Assembly (NCBI GenBank): GCA_001599295.1
Contig: BCGN01000006.1
Location: 186,001 to 250,000, forward strand
Source: Sporopachydermia quercuum
Lineage: Eukaryota
Reading direction: 5' to 3'
DNA: 64,000 bases
Shown: in pieces, positions 22,314-34,556 of the stretch
How positions within the stretch are numbered: the stretch's first letter is position 1
Layout of the letters: each line of letters opens with the position of its first letter
Program-made: the position numbers and the translations under genes
The notes under the pieces: generated by a model
Told to the model about the DNA's origin: nothing
The model's database searches: none
Seen by the model: the letters and a program-made list of their open reading frames with translations, nothing else

Positions 22314-22788
22314 ACATGTGTGCAATAAATTAGTATGTAACATGAAAATGTACTGATTGTCTGAATGAATGAAAGGGGTCACCGTTTTATCTTTATCACT
22401 GTCTGATCTACAGTATAAAGTTTTGCTCTAGTTGCCTTGCGATTGAATATTGTTCTTGATATTCAGCAGCAAATTCACTTTCTTTGTTTTTCAGGTTTGT
22501 TTCTTAAACATTCAAATATGCATGCTTATTTTTATATGGATGATACAAACTTTAGCCTTAAGGCAAAATGTATTAGATTGGCCCTACATCTGTCAGAGCC
22601 CCGTGCCTTATCACATTTGTCTTATTTACCCTTAAAGAAGAAAAGAGAAAAAGTGAACTTCACATATAATAAATTCAACAATGTTAATAACTTGCCCTTC
22701 GTGTTATCTTGTGAATCATACATTTCTTATACGACCATCTCTGTAATATCTCAAAATAGCTGTCAAAAATCTTGTTCAAAACTCTTAT

Positions 22789-23700
22789 TCAAAAGTTCTT
22801 ATTCACCATTTCCTTAACAAGCTTCCAATCCTGAGATTCTGCATAATCTAATACCAAAATACCAGCTCCTTTACCAAACTTCTCATTAACACGAAACTTA
22901 ACTAAATTCTTAGATACTTTCTCAGGCCAGCAATCCTTATTAAAGAAGTTGGATCCTGAACAGAAATTAACAAACAGCTTATCATGATTTGTATTGGTTT
23001 GGTTATACTCAACGGCCCTATCTAAAAACTTCTTGATGTAGTCAGCTTTCTTTTCTACATCTTCGGTAGAACCAATTTCACAGAAATCTTGAACGCAGAA
23101 TGCACCTCTATCGTCTTCAGTAGTATTGTACTTCCAATATTGAGCATTAAACCCAAAGTCCTCATTTCTGTTAAGCTGCTCGGCATTCTTAATACTAAAT
23201 CGTCGGAAGAGAATCAATTTACCTCTAACATCTCTGAGGGTTGGTAAGTTATTTCTTAAGTACCACTTATGCTTGTTTTTGTTGATATAATCGTTCCAAA
23301 TCACTTTACCAAATTCATCGTTATCACTGTCCCAATCGTTCGGTCCTTCTTGCTTGATTGAAACAAACACTGCTTCGGAAGGATGATCAGAGACCCATCG
23401 GTAATAATCGTCTAGTACTTCATTCAAGTACACTTGACCAGTCAATCTGATGGGAAATTTAGAATGAACCACTACAAGGTTGTTTTTGTTGTCTCCACTC
23501 AAACTGAGAAGGTTTCTGGATATTCTTAAATCTAAGAAACGAACACCGTTGTTTAATTGGTCAATGACGGATTCACCTTGGCATCTTACTGATGGTAAAG
23601 CCATTTTGTATGCTTCAGAGTTGTGAGTTCCAGGGATTGCTAAATTAGAAATTGGAGTATCATCCCTGAGTTCTTTCATCCATTGAGAATAATTGACCAT
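22789..23700 (-). CDS. Phosphatidylinositol-specific phospholipase C, bacterial-type X domain (Candida PLC2-like)
   Basis: WM..L.D.TPISNLAIPGTHNS, QLNNGVRFLDLR, HPSE, VRGKLILFRRF, VQDFCE. Confidence 0.9.
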   Translation of the reverse strand: MVNYSQWMKELRDDTPISNLAIPGTHNSEAYKMALPSVRCQGESVIDQLNNGVRFLDLRISRNLLSLSGDNKNNLVVVHSKFPIRLTGQVYLNEVLDDYYRWVSDHPSEAVFVSIKQEGPNDWDSDNDEFGKVIWNDYINKNKHKWYLRNNLPTLRDVRGKLILFRRFSIKNAEQLNRNEDFGFNAQYWKYNTTEDDRGAFCVQDFCEIGSTEDVEKKADYIKKFLDRAVEYNQTNTNHDKLFVNFCSGSNFFNKDCWPEKVSKNLVKFRVNEKFGKGAGILVLDYAESQDWKLVKEMVNKNF

Positions 23701-25847
23701 TGCGGCTGATTTTTATGAAGGTATAATGTAATGATGCGAATATGTGAAACCTCGATAGATCTAGATCCAATTGATATTAAATACTTGAATCTGTTAACCA
23801 GGGATGAAATGCAATTTGCATAAAAGAACAAAATTTTAAAGAAGTTTTTATGATTTACTTGATGAGGAAGAAACAAAGTGATCGTAGAATTGTCTTTGAT
23901 TAAAAAGGTAGTAAGATAGTATTGAGTAATGAAGGAGCAACAGGAGAAGGATAGATGAAGATTCCCTTGGAGAAAAAGGTAAGATGGGCAATTGTCCCGT
24001 CAAATGGGGAAATATACGAGTGCTATGTAAAGTTGCTGTATGGAAGAGTTTATGCATGACGCAGCATGACATCGAGGTAGGTGGAAACAAAGAGACGCTT
24101 GTATTGATGAATAAATTCTTTGAATATTTGTATAACTTAAAAGCTGAACTAAACAGGAGTAGTTTGAAAGACTTGCTAGACCTAGATTTATATATCTTCT
24201 TTGGGTACTCCAGTGTTTAGCCTTTGTAAAAAGACGGAATGACTATCGGTGATGAAAAAGTGTTCAAAGGGGTTCCCTTAAGGTTCAGCAAAGAACAAAG
24301 TTTATTTTGTAGGTAAAAGTAGGAGAGATAAAAGCAGGTACAATTCAGATAAACCACTACAACTGAAAAACAAGCGATTTTTAGGGGTAACTAGTAGTGA
24401 TGAGGAAGTTAGTTATAATTTTTAGAACATGTTGATTGCTTTGTATTCATGCAATGTGTTTCGTATATGTGAAGCATTGAATTAATGTTACATTTAGGGT
24501 GTTACAGTAATTATTGCAGCTGGTTGAATGAGCGTAAGTAAAGTTCACAATTCTGACGCAGATAGTGCGTAGTGATACATATTTTGCTGAACTCACCTTC
24601 AGATTTCAACAAAATCCTGAATTCCAGTGAAAATAAAAAGATGCACCCTTAACTATCTTATTTATACTGATAGGGATTATGACTACCTACAACTTCCTTT
24701 AATTCAGGGTAGGGGCATTTCGTTCTTTCTANTAGTACGGTTTTCACTTCTACATTTTTGCATAGTTGTGCATGAGAGCTAATAGTTTAGGCAGATAATG
24801 TTACAGGGCCTTATTGTATTTCTCTCTTTAAACATAAGTGCAATGGCCAAATAAAATTAACGCTCGCAGTTATTGTAAATACTGTAATACCACAGTCGAA
24901 TGTATTGGCCCATGATATATTTCCGATTGTTTGCTTCCGTAGCTCAGACGAAAGTACGCCTTAAACTAACACTATTTGATCGCATATGTTTCCGTGAAAC
25001 ATAAAGGTTGCCCATTCTTCATACCGGGCTATCAGTTTCTAATATTCTACTTCTAGTAATTTACCGTACACACTACTTATTTTGCTCTGATTTTTTTTAC
25101 TTATCCCGAATTCTCTAATTATAGTTTAATCATCTAATCTTCTCAATGTTATCTGGTTCAGCACTCCTGTCCATGAACGAACAATTCGATCGTAGCGCAC
25201 AAAAAATACAGCAAATAAACCTTTAAAAAGATTACCCCTAAAAGTTAGACCATATTTTTCGGCCAATCAACTTCTAAAATCATTCACCCCTGTTTTGAGA
25301 CAGGAATGCTTCCCCACAAAAACTTTCATGTACGGAGTGAAAAAGCTTGAGGCTTTCATATTTTGAGGAGACACATAATAAAAATAAAATTCTATAAACT
25401 GTCTTACTTCTATAATAATAAAACCTCTGTGGTTACCTCCAGGATGTCAGCTGAGTTGAAATAAGTATGAAGCCGGGAAAATACCAATAATACTCTGGTT
25501 TTTATTCATATTTCATTCATATTTTACATGGTAGAGAGGGCTTGGGAATTAAAGTTCAACACCGGCCCTGAAAAATATTTATTCAAAGTTCAACGGCTAG
25601 GGATTTGGCGATGGATCATGAATAATGAAAACCGAACTTGTTCGACGACATTTACATAAAACTGTAAATATTACTACTATTCTAAATAAACATAAGCTTA
25701 TNTAAATTAAAAAGAATTAATGGAACCCATTTGTAAGTTTTGATTACCTAAATAAATGATAGTATATGACATGTGTGTAGTATGTACTCAGTATGCTGAT
25801 AATGTAGGTAATAAGCGACAGCTTATTAAAGTGGAAAACAACTAGGA

Positions 25848-26759
25848 TTAACCAGGGGGTAATTGAGAAGCATCGACAATATCTGCTTCACTCTTTGATG
25901 GCTCATTATTCTTTTCGCCTTCTACAAGTTGGGCTCTTGGTAAAGCCATCATACCAGATCTAGCAACTTCCAAAATACCAAAAGGTTGAATCAAAGCTAA
26001 GAAAGATGTAACTCTGCTCGGCTTCGCCGATAATTCAACTACACAGTTTCTATCGGAAATATCCACAACTTTACCTCCAAATTGATTAACCAAATTGGTG
26101 ATAGACTGTAAGTGTTGATATCTATGACGCAAAGCCTCACTAGGAGCTAAGTTATTAGGGTGGTTAGCCTTTTTACTTGCTTCACTCGGACCAGTTGAAC
26201 CAGATGTAGCATTATAGTGGTGATGAATTAAATCTTCAAAATATTCGGGACCTAGCAAAGAAACTCTGGCCAGTAAAAGTTCACGCTTGATGATATCAGT
26301 GTTAGTGTAGTTCAACACAGCCCAAACAGGAATCAAATCTTCAACTTGTCGTCTAGCTTGCTCAACAACACCATCTTGACCACGAAGAACAATAGTCATA
26401 CGGGATAAATTCTTTACTTCGGTATTGCAAACAACCAGAGAATCAATATTGAAACCTCTGGCAGCTAAAATTCCTGCAACGCGGGACAAAACACCTGGTT
26501 CGTTTTGAACAAGACACATCAAGACATGATCATTGGGTTTAGCTGCTTGCTCTTCTGGTGCGCTATACGTTTCATACAAAATCGACGAAACTGCTGAATC
26601 GGCAGACCATGTTGGTGTTTCTAATGTTGGTAATGGTGGTGGTGATTTGGATCTATGTAGAGATTTATAAGCAATAGCAGATGCTGAACTCGATTCAAAT
26701 CGAGCAAACACTCTGCTACTGCTTTTCACCAATTTGCTTCGAACTGTAGCGGCAAACAT
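25848..26759 (-). CDS. ILV6: Acetolactate synthase regulatory subunit
   Basis: ACT domain CLVQNEPGVLSRVAGILAARGFNIDSLVVCNTEV; C-terminus DASQLPPG. ATG at 26759. Confidence 0.96.
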   Translation of the reverse strand: MFAATVRSKLVKSSSRVFARFESSSASAIAYKSLHRSKSPPPLPTLETPTWSADSAVSSILYETYSAPEEQAAKPNDHVLMCLVQNEPGVLSRVAGILAARGFNIDSLVVCNTEVKNLSRMTIVLRGQDGVVEQARRQVEDLIPVWAVLNYTNTDIIKRELLLARVSLLGPEYFEDLIHHHYNATSGSTGPSEASKKANHPNNLAPSEALRHRYQHLQSITNLVNQFGGKVVDISDRNCVVELSAKPSRVTSFLALIQPFGILEVARSGMMALPRAQLVEGEKNNEPSKSEADIVDASQLPPG

Positions 26760-26948
26760 ATNCAACCAAGCTGTCTGTAAAGGATTTGAGCTCAGTCAAG
26801 ATTCCTTCTTACTGATGAATCACTATATTTTTACTGATAAGGTCTCTTGTTAGTTGTACATTCATGACCACCAGCAAATAAGAAACAAACCATTACGACA
26901 AATCGTCCCTCTCTGAAAAATTTCACTCTTCACCTTTCCGGCGTTCAA

Positions 26949-26955
26949 TGACTCA
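26949..26955. promoter_or_regulatory. Gcn4/AP-1 consensus site about 190 bp upstream of ILV6
   Basis: Exact TGACTCA, which fits an amino-acid biosynthesis gene. Confidence 0.55.
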
Positions 26956-27324
26956 CAAATAAACTCACAGCCCATCTCGTTCAGGCTCCGGTATAGTCCG
27001 GAAGGAGACATGAAGCTTTTGGCGCCTCGAGTAACCCACTCTACGGTAAATATAAGCATGGGTAAATCATGTACCGTAATTAGTATGTGTGAAATCTTTA
27101 ACAATGAGATGAGACACGATGATGCTGAAATTCTAATACCACTATATTGCTTTAGTGAACTGTTTATTTGGGAGCCTTGAGAAAGTTTTAACAGCGGATG
27201 AAAACATGCGAGTATGAACTTGATCGAATTTGATACTAGAAATTAAGGAAGTCTTGTGATAAGAGAAGTTGCTTCTTGGAATCTGGCTTTGAGAAATTGA
27301 TTCCTTATAGTTGGAATTTTCACT

Positions 27325-28818
27325 ATGGACAGTCGACACTCTGAAAGGAGATCGAGAACCAGAAGCCAGAATAGGAGTAGAAGCCGCAGTGGAAGTAGAA
27401 GCCGAGATACAAGTGGTACTTCTGACAGTAGAGGCTACAGAGACCGGGGCGAGGATAACTGGGGATCAAGATCAAAGTCACCAAAGCAAGATGCAGACCC
27501 TGTAGCAGCAGCAGCAGAAATTGCTGCCAGAATTGCAGCTCAACTGCAGCAATCAGGAACCACAACGTCTCAGAACAATAGCTATGAAGCACAACAAAGT
27601 AATACCAATAGTAATTCTGGAAATGCTCCACGAACTACAGCTACAATTCTAAAATCATTTGCAGCAAATCCTGAGTCAGTTCATAGAAGTACTGATACCG
27701 GTCTAATTACAGCTGAAAGAGATATGTACATATTTGAAGGTGATTATCTACAGGACATTGAAGTAAACGACAACCCCAATAGGTACCTGTTGACAAAAGG
27801 ACCCACTCAGGTAAAAATTAAAGAGAAAACTGGTGCTGATGTTACAACTCGTGGTAAATATTATCCCGATAAACTGAAAGCTACCGAAAAAGAGCCTCCT
27901 TTATATCTTCATATTACTGCAAGTAGTGAAGAAATTTTGAAGAAAGCTGTTGAAATGATAAGAGATGTAATGAATGGCGAAGCAGAAAAATGGTTAGGTG
28001 ACGATTTGAAAAGTGACTGGGAAAAGGAGAAAGAAAAAGAGAGAGAAGTACGAGAAAAGGAAAGAGAACGAGAGTATCAAGAACGACAAAAGAGACGGGC
28101 CAGAAATAAGATAGAAATAGGATTAGAAACAGTTCCTGGATTCAACATCCGCAGTCATATTATTGGAAGAGGTGGTGCTAATATCAAACATATTATGTCA
28201 GTTTCTGGTTGCAGAATTCAAATAAAAGGTAGGGGTTCTCAATATGTTGATAAAGAATCAGGTTTAGAAGAAGATGTACCACCATATCTACACATATTCA
28301 ATGCAACTAATGAAGAACAGCTTGAAAAATGCAGAGAAATGTGCCTTGATTTGATTGGGGCAGTTAAAGAAGACTACGATAGGTTTATGAGCCACAACTC
28401 ACATCAACAAGGAAATAATTATCAACAAACTAGTCATAATGGATACAATGATCACAATGCATATAATAATCATAGCGATAATAGAGGTCCAGTTAATGCT
28501 GCTTTACCAGCGGGACCTAAAGGTATGATAGCAACGCCACCTGCTGGTCCAAGGTCATTAAGGTCTCCTGAGACCTATCACGATAGTCTTTCGAAGTCTC
28601 CACCACCAAGACCGTCTTTTCATTCAAACAATGTATCAAACGCGCTACCGCCAGCACCTAAAAGACCACCACAGCATGCCCACAACTCACAGTTGCCATC
28701 AGGCCCTCCTCCGCCAGGTCCACCTGGCCACTTTTCAAGACCACCACCTCCTCCACCTCCATCAGCACCAGCAAGAGCTCCACCAACAAGACCGCCTGGA
28801 TCAAGAACTTACTACTGA
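27325..28818 (+). CDS. KH-domain RNA-binding protein, KHDC4/BLOM7-like
   Basis: RS-rich N-terminus; DIEVND..NRYLLTKG.TQ..I...TGADVTTRGKYYPDK...PPLYLHIT; second KH IIGRGGANIKHI...IQIKGRGS; Pro-rich tail. Confidence 0.85.
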   Translation: MDSRHSERRSRTRSQNRSRSRSGSRSRDTSGTSDSRGYRDRGEDNWGSRSKSPKQDADPVAAAAEIAARIAAQLQQSGTTTSQNNSYEAQQSNTNSNSGNAPRTTATILKSFAANPESVHRSTDTGLITAERDMYIFEGDYLQDIEVNDNPNRYLLTKGPTQVKIKEKTGADVTTRGKYYPDKLKATEKEPPLYLHITASSEEILKKAVEMIRDVMNGEAEKWLGDDLKSDWEKEKEKEREVREKEREREYQERQKRRARNKIEIGLETVPGFNIRSHIIGRGGANIKHIMSVSGCRIQIKGRGSQYVDKESGLEEDVPPYLHIFNATNEEQLEKCREMCLDLIGAVKEDYDRFMSHNSHQQGNNYQQTSHNGYNDHNAYNNHSDNRGPVNAALPAGPKGMIATPPAGPRSLRSPETYHDSLSKSPPPRPSFHSNNVSNALPPAPKRPPQHAHNSQLPSGPPPPGPPGHFSRPPPPPPPSAPARAPPTRPPGSRTYY

Positions 28819-30474
28819 GATAAAATCCTCTGTAACGCATACCCAAAACTATATAACTTTATACATAGGTTACTTATACTTAATTTTATATGGATCAAGA
28901 CAACAAACTTTTTGACCTAGTGCTTCAATCAAAAACTTTATTAGAATCTTACATCTTACACTTCACTNCATCAATCAGCCTGTAATTCAGTATACAAGTC
29001 ATTCCTGATGTATGATCATCAAATTCCTACAATAGATTAACATAGCATTGAATAGAACAGATTCAAAACAGAACTAATTTCTATTAGCTTTTTAAAATAA
29101 AGCTCTATAAGACTACTACACTGGCAGAAATTTTGTCTCCCGTCATCGACATTCAGGTCCATCGCTCCAAATTAATGGAACACACGGAGTCCAAACTTCC
29201 TATCGAGGATTATTTTTTATCTCGAAGGCATTCAAGAGAAGCTTGCGGCTTCTAATGGCAACGAATTGACATAGAAAAGAGTCATATCGTCGTGGCAAGG
29301 CCTTCTGATTACTTTTTGATAAAGAAAGGAAACAAAATCAAAAGACAGTATTAAATCTTCGAAAAAGCTCCACAAGAAGTTAAGCAATGGAAGTAGGAAA
29401 TAGGTCCTTTTAAATGAAAATAGGAAATCAAAATTTTCGCTGCGCTTGCATAAAAGTCCGGGTAATGTAAGAAATTTGGAGTGAGGTACGAGGTGATAGA
29501 GCTAAAATTGTTTATTGTATTACGTGATTAGAAGTATATTCTCACATCTCACTTCGCTCAAGAATATTTGATCATTCGATTTTAAGTCAGAACCCTAATG
29601 GTACTTTAGTGTAAATTGCTGCGGAATTCATATACCAAAATAGGAAATGAGTCTCATCACCTTGACCCATTTTTGAACGACGGCAAAGCTAATCGCAGTG
29701 GAATATTTATTTGAAATAGGAAATCCTTTGTTCAACATAATTAAGAATAACCGTTTATATCGAAAAAGGAATGTAGATTCCATTGTTAATTTTCGCATCG
29801 GTAAGATAATGTGGATATTTCATTGAAAACACTGAAGGACATTCAATTGAACTGAGCATTGTATGCTGAATTCCTGTAAAATTTCCGAACATCCATCAAC
29901 TCAGTCCTGTTGATTTCTTGATATAATTTTATGTATGATTCGTACTTCAATATATGGGAATTACTTTCCTATACCTCTGATAGCACGAAATAATCCTCAA
30001 ACTCTTGATTTATATCCTAAGGTCATGATAATTTCTGTTTGCCTTATCATAAACTTTTCCTTTTTATTGCTTTATCGTTCAATAATCTATCTTTATCCTT
30101 CATATCTCATATCCCATACTAAAAATAAAGTTCCGCTACTATTCTTATAGATAAGCTACTTCATTTTCATGCATGCATTTTAAAGTTAATGGTAGGATGT
30201 GGATACTTCTATTAAACTTATTACTTCTTCTATTGAAAAAGAGATTTCGTTTCCTTAATGCATAAGATTTGATATTATATTTAGGGCCAAACTAGAAAAT
30301 ATTTCTCCTTTTGCTATTCTTTCTCTTGATTATTATATAAATAGAGATGAATCACGATTTTTTATCCATGCTAAAGTGGTTATAACATAAGATACAAGCC
30401 TTAGTGCCTATATTGCGGATCAACAAAGTGAATAAACACAGTACTATCTGTTGAAACACGAGACATAGATCAAA

Positions 30475-31491
30475 ATGCCCGCCAGAGAAAATCCTTTAAA
30501 GATTGTTGACGTTTCTGAAGTGAACCAAGAAAGCGCTAAGCAACTGCTTGACAGTGCTATGAACCAAGGCTTCTTGTTTGTTGATGGTCACGACTTCACT
30601 CAAGAGGAAGTTGATAAAGTATTTGCTTTAAGCCGTGAATTTTTCCAGTTACCAAAGGAAGAAAAGGTAAAGTACCCTATTGATAGTGATGATGCTGGAT
30701 ATACTGCTTACCATCAAGAATTATTAGATCCTGAAACTCAAAAGAAGGGAGATCCAAAGGAAGCATTCAATTTCGGTAGATTCAACTTCCTTACTGGTGA
30801 AAACCATAATGACGGTTTACCTGCATTATTCAAGACTGAAGAGAACAGCGAGCTGATCCGAACCACTGCTTTGAAGTTCTACAATCTCGGAAACAGAATC
30901 TTAGAATTGATAGCTATTGGCTTGGAAATCGAGGAATCTGCTGGTGGGTCTGAATGGTTTACTGAACGTCATTCCGCTCCAGGTAGCTCAATCACAGCTA
31001 TGAGATTTTTGCATTACCCTTCTCAAAAGCAACTTGACAGTGAATTTCAAGTCAGAGCTGGTGCCCATACCGATTATGGTTCTGTCACTTTGTTATTCCA
31101 GCAAAAGAATGAAGAAGGATTAGAACTTTTCACCAACAATAACAAATGGGAATTGATTCCTTACATTGAGTCTCCTAATCAAGAATATGTTGAACAAAAG
31201 AAAGCTGCTCCCATTATTGTTAATATTGGCGATGCTTTATCTTACTGGACTGCTGGTATTTTGAAATCTACTATGCACAGAGTTGTTCTCCCACCTAATG
31301 TCGATGATAGATACTCTACTGTTTTCTTTTTCAATGCTAACAATGATGTTCCTTTAGAACCTATTCCAAGTAAACTTGTTAGAGAAGCTGCTAAGACTAC
31401 TANAGGACCTCAGGTTGCTGATGGAAAATATGTGACTACCAAGGAGTATCTTGATAAGAGATTTGCTGCTACTTATGTTGAAGGCCATTGA
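30475..31491 (+). CDS. 2-oxoglutarate/Fe(II) dioxygenase (DIOX_N, IPNS-like)
   Basis: GFLFV.GH, RAGAHTDYGSVTLLFQ (HxD), KSTMHRV (distal His), RYS (RxS). Confidence 0.92.
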   Translation: MPARENPLKIVDVSEVNQESAKQLLDSAMNQGFLFVDGHDFTQEEVDKVFALSREFFQLPKEEKVKYPIDSDDAGYTAYHQELLDPETQKKGDPKEAFNFGRFNFLTGENHNDGLPALFKTEENSELIRTTALKFYNLGNRILELIAIGLEIEESAGGSEWFTERHSAPGSSITAMRFLHYPSQKQLDSEFQVRAGAHTDYGSVTLLFQQKNEEGLELFTNNNKWELIPYIESPNQEYVEQKKAAPIIVNIGDALSYWTAGILKSTMHRVVLPPNVDDRYSTVFFFNANNDVPLEPIPSKLVREAAKTTXGPQVADGKYVTTKEYLDKRFAATYVEGH

Positions 31492-31824
31492 GCGGAGTGC
31501 AACATAGTTATGACTTTTCATTTTTTGCACTCAAATGTTAATAATTGGAGTAATAGTATTTTAAGGTATAGATAAATTATAACGAATAACCACCTTTGGT
31601 CTTTAGTAGTAAATTGCGATATTATCAATTAGATGAGTTTTGTATTTGCATTCACCTTGTAGTAATAATTATAGTATAGCTGAATATAACAATAATACTG
31701 CCATCCAGTATCATCGACATTTGCTACATTTATGCTAAATATACTCTATTTACGTCTACCTGTTTACTCAGAATGTTTTATTTATATATTAAAGCAATAC
31801 ATACCTTTATCTATATAATCCCAT

Positions 31825-34221
31825 CTAAAAACCAGTCCATAAACTTGACATCTTTGGCCAAACTCTCTTATATAGAGCCATACCAACAGTGTCTTGTGAT
31901 GTAATTCTACCATCAAATGTAGCCTTGAAATAACCATGAGTGCCCAAACTTTCCTTAATGAACCCTGTTCTACCCATTTTGGTGAATAGTGGTACAGCTT
32001 TATACCACGCAATATCTTCAGGGTTAAAGAACATGTATCTGATAGTAACAAGTTTCTTATGAATTTTGAGAGGATGACCAGTGAGAACAACTCTTTTAGC
32101 AAGAATTCTTGAATAATCTGTGTTAAGTAAACTTCCCGTGCCAACAAAGTGTACAGCTCCAGGTTCTTTCCCAGGTTTGAAAAACAATGCGGGACAATCA
32201 CCAGAACTGAACATAACCGGAGATATAACTGTAGCAACACCTAATGTATCCTTATGTATGAATCTTTCATATTTATGAACATTATTAGGACTGTTGACCA
32301 TTTGAGAGTATAACGGCTGTACAATCTGTCGCCTGAATCCATATTGAACAATTAATGTATCCTTTGAAGGTACAGGTTCTTCATAGCCCTCCCACGGTTG
32401 CAAAGAAAAGTTGACCACTGCCAATCTATGTTCATACTCATGTAATCCATATAAAACGAATGGTATTGTCTCAATATTATTACTGCTTGCAACAATAAAT
32501 CGTGGGGCTTGAATCAAAATTCTAACCCTTGTTCCAGCTGACGCAGATTTACATAGCTTAGCAGTTTCTTTGATGACTCTATTCCTAGTAGCTTTATAAT
32601 TGCTGATTCTTAATAGCTTTCTCCATTCTTCAGGAGCTCTAGGATCTTGCTCATCATAATCCCAATCGCAATTATAGAGATTCTTAACCCCACGATATCT
32701 ATGAAGGCGTTCACGAACCTTTTCGTTAGGGCTCAATTCAATTTCATCTGGAAATTCTCTATCTTCTTTCTCTCTAGCTCTGAACTCTTCTAATTGTCTA
32801 GCCTCTTCTGCTTCATTCAAGTCAACAAACATTTCACTTTCCATATCACCACCTTCAGTTGCAGCATATGTTGATTGAGCATCCATTGACACATTGCCAT
32901 CATCCATCATAGCATCATCATNATTTTCGTTGATATCATCAGAGTTAAACCCATCTTCCTCTTCATCACTATCATAAATATGCCACCTCGCTTGGTACTC
33001 TGACATACCTTGCTTCATTCTATCTCTCATGAGATTAATATGCTTAGCTTTGTATTTATCGGTTAAATATGTATGTCCTTCTAATCTAACACCTTGTTCC
33101 TCATTACAATCTAGTTGTCCAAATGAAGCACTGTTGTTTTCTTCCATATCATCATAATCAGCTTCATCCATAGAATACTCTTCTTCTGCTAACTCATCAA
33201 GAGTCTCAGCATTCTCAGAAGGAGTACTTAACACAGATAGTTGGTCATTAGACATATCTTCATCTTTTATGCCATGCCTGGAAACAGACGATAATGAAGG
33301 TAATTGTTCAATTCTACTTATTTTATAGTCACCAAACCCAGGAATATGAACTAGCCGGTCAGCCGTAAAACCATTACCACGAACTATACCTTCAACTGCA
33401 ATGTTTTCATTATCATACTCAACAAGCTTATCAGCAACTAGATATCCTCTAGAATCTCTCCATGAAACACCCTTAGGAAGTTTCTGGCATAGATTTCTAG
33501 TAACTGTTAATGCTTCTGAAGCATTACTCAAGGCATATACTTTCTCCTCATTGGGAAAAAAATGATGGAAGAAACTAAACAAAGAGTTTCTTACGTCNGT
33601 CTGAAGTCTCAGTTTTCCAACCTCGTCCAGGTTCGGTATCACTCCAATTACATTTGATACACCTTGATTCTCAATTGCTCTAATCCATTGCTCACCCAAA
33701 GATTCGTCGACCTCCACTTGAGACGATAAACCAAGAACAACAAAATCTGCTACTTTAGCAGCATCTAAAATTGCAATAATACTTGTTAAATCTGGGACAA
33801 TAAACTTAACTCTTTGTTTGAATCTCTTGAGAATAGCACTCAAAACAAATGGTTGATTATCACCATATTCCAGAATTACTTCATCATTGTCACCTGCTTC
33901 TCTTCCTTGATTGATAAAAGTTTCCACTATATCTTTAGCGCTTAAGTCGTCAGTTAAAGGTATAACAGTGATTATTTTCTCTGCACCATTTAGACCTTGA
34001 AACAGTTTTCTTGCTGAATCATTATCAGCTATCTTCTTGAGTTTCAATTGCTTCGCTAAATTTTTTCTCTCTTGTTTATTTAAAACGTGNGCAACATTGT
34101 TACCTTTGGTGTTTTCAATTTTACCTTTNTTTTTGGCTTTTATTGCACTCTTTGATGAATGTCTTGATTTAAACGCTTTGTGCTTAGTTTTAAGCGTAGA
34201 GCGATGGCTATGTCCCGCCAT
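31825..34221 (-). CDS. TSR1: 40S pre-rRNA processing factor Tsr1
   Basis: MAGHSHRSTLK..HKAFKSRH, EFPDEIEL, RYRG, KRVVLTGHP, IKESLGTHGYFKATFDG. Confidence 0.96.
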   Translation of the reverse strand: MAGHSHRSTLKTKHKAFKSRHSSKSAIKAKXKGKIENTKGNNVXHVLNKQERKNLAKQLKLKKIADNDSARKLFQGLNGAEKIITVIPLTDDLSAKDIVETFINQGREAGDNDEVILEYGDNQPFVLSAILKRFKQRVKFIVPDLTSIIAILDAAKVADFVVLGLSSQVEVDESLGEQWIRAIENQGVSNVIGVIPNLDEVGKLRLQXDVRNSLFSFFHHFFPNEEKVYALSNASEALTVTRNLCQKLPKGVSWRDSRGYLVADKLVEYDNENIAVEGIVRGNGFTADRLVHIPGFGDYKISRIEQLPSLSSVSRHGIKDEDMSNDQLSVLSTPSENAETLDELAEEEYSMDEADYDDMEENNSASFGQLDCNEEQGVRLEGHTYLTDKYKAKHINLMRDRMKQGMSEYQARWHIYDSDEEEDGFNSDDINENXDDAMMDDGNVSMDAQSTYAATEGGDMESEMFVDLNEAEEARQLEEFRAREKEDREFPDEIELSPNEKVRERLHRYRGVKNLYNCDWDYDEQDPRAPEEWRKLLRISNYKATRNRVIKETAKLCKSASAGTRVRILIQAPRFIVASSNNIETIPFVLYGLHEYEHRLAVVNFSLQPWEGYEEPVPSKDTLIVQYGFRRQIVQPLYSQMVNSPNNVHKYERFIHKDTLGVATVISPVMFSSGDCPALFFKPGKEPGAVHFVGTGSLLNTDYSRILAKRVVLTGHPLKIHKKLVTIRYMFFNPEDIAWYKAVPLFTKMGRTGFIKESLGTHGYFKATFDGRITSQDTVGMALYKRVWPKMSSLWTGF

Positions 34222-34319
34222 GATGCACTTACTGAACTATACAGTATATTTATTCACAACAGGCTGAATATTTAGCTGCCAAGGCAAATGGCTGTACAAT
34301 TATTAATGAGCTGACTGTT

Positions 34320-34556
34320 GATGAGAACTTATCAATAGGTTAGACTCATAGATAGTACCGCAGAATATAAGTGGTTCTATGTACTCAACTCTTTGATCTC
34401 ATTATGCTTTTCCATAGTAATTAAAAAATTTTAAGAAATTTTTCATTGATTGAAAGGAGATTCTATGTTGACAGCTTTTTTCTGATAGTGTAATCATTAA
34501 ACATATTACATTAACAAACACACGTGTACTATATAAGGGTTTTTCGTTTACACGTG
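34320..34556. promoter_or_regulatory. Divergent TSR1/RPS29 promoter with PAC-like, RRPE and two CACGTG sites
   Basis: GATGAG 34320-34325; AAATTTTTCA 34436-34445; CACGTG 34521-34526 and 34551-34556. Confidence 0.55.

Noticed and set aside
26987..27002. CCGG-TATAGT-CCGG as a Leu3 site for ILV6
   Set aside because: Spacing is CCG-N8-CGG, not the Leu3 CCG-N4-CGG.
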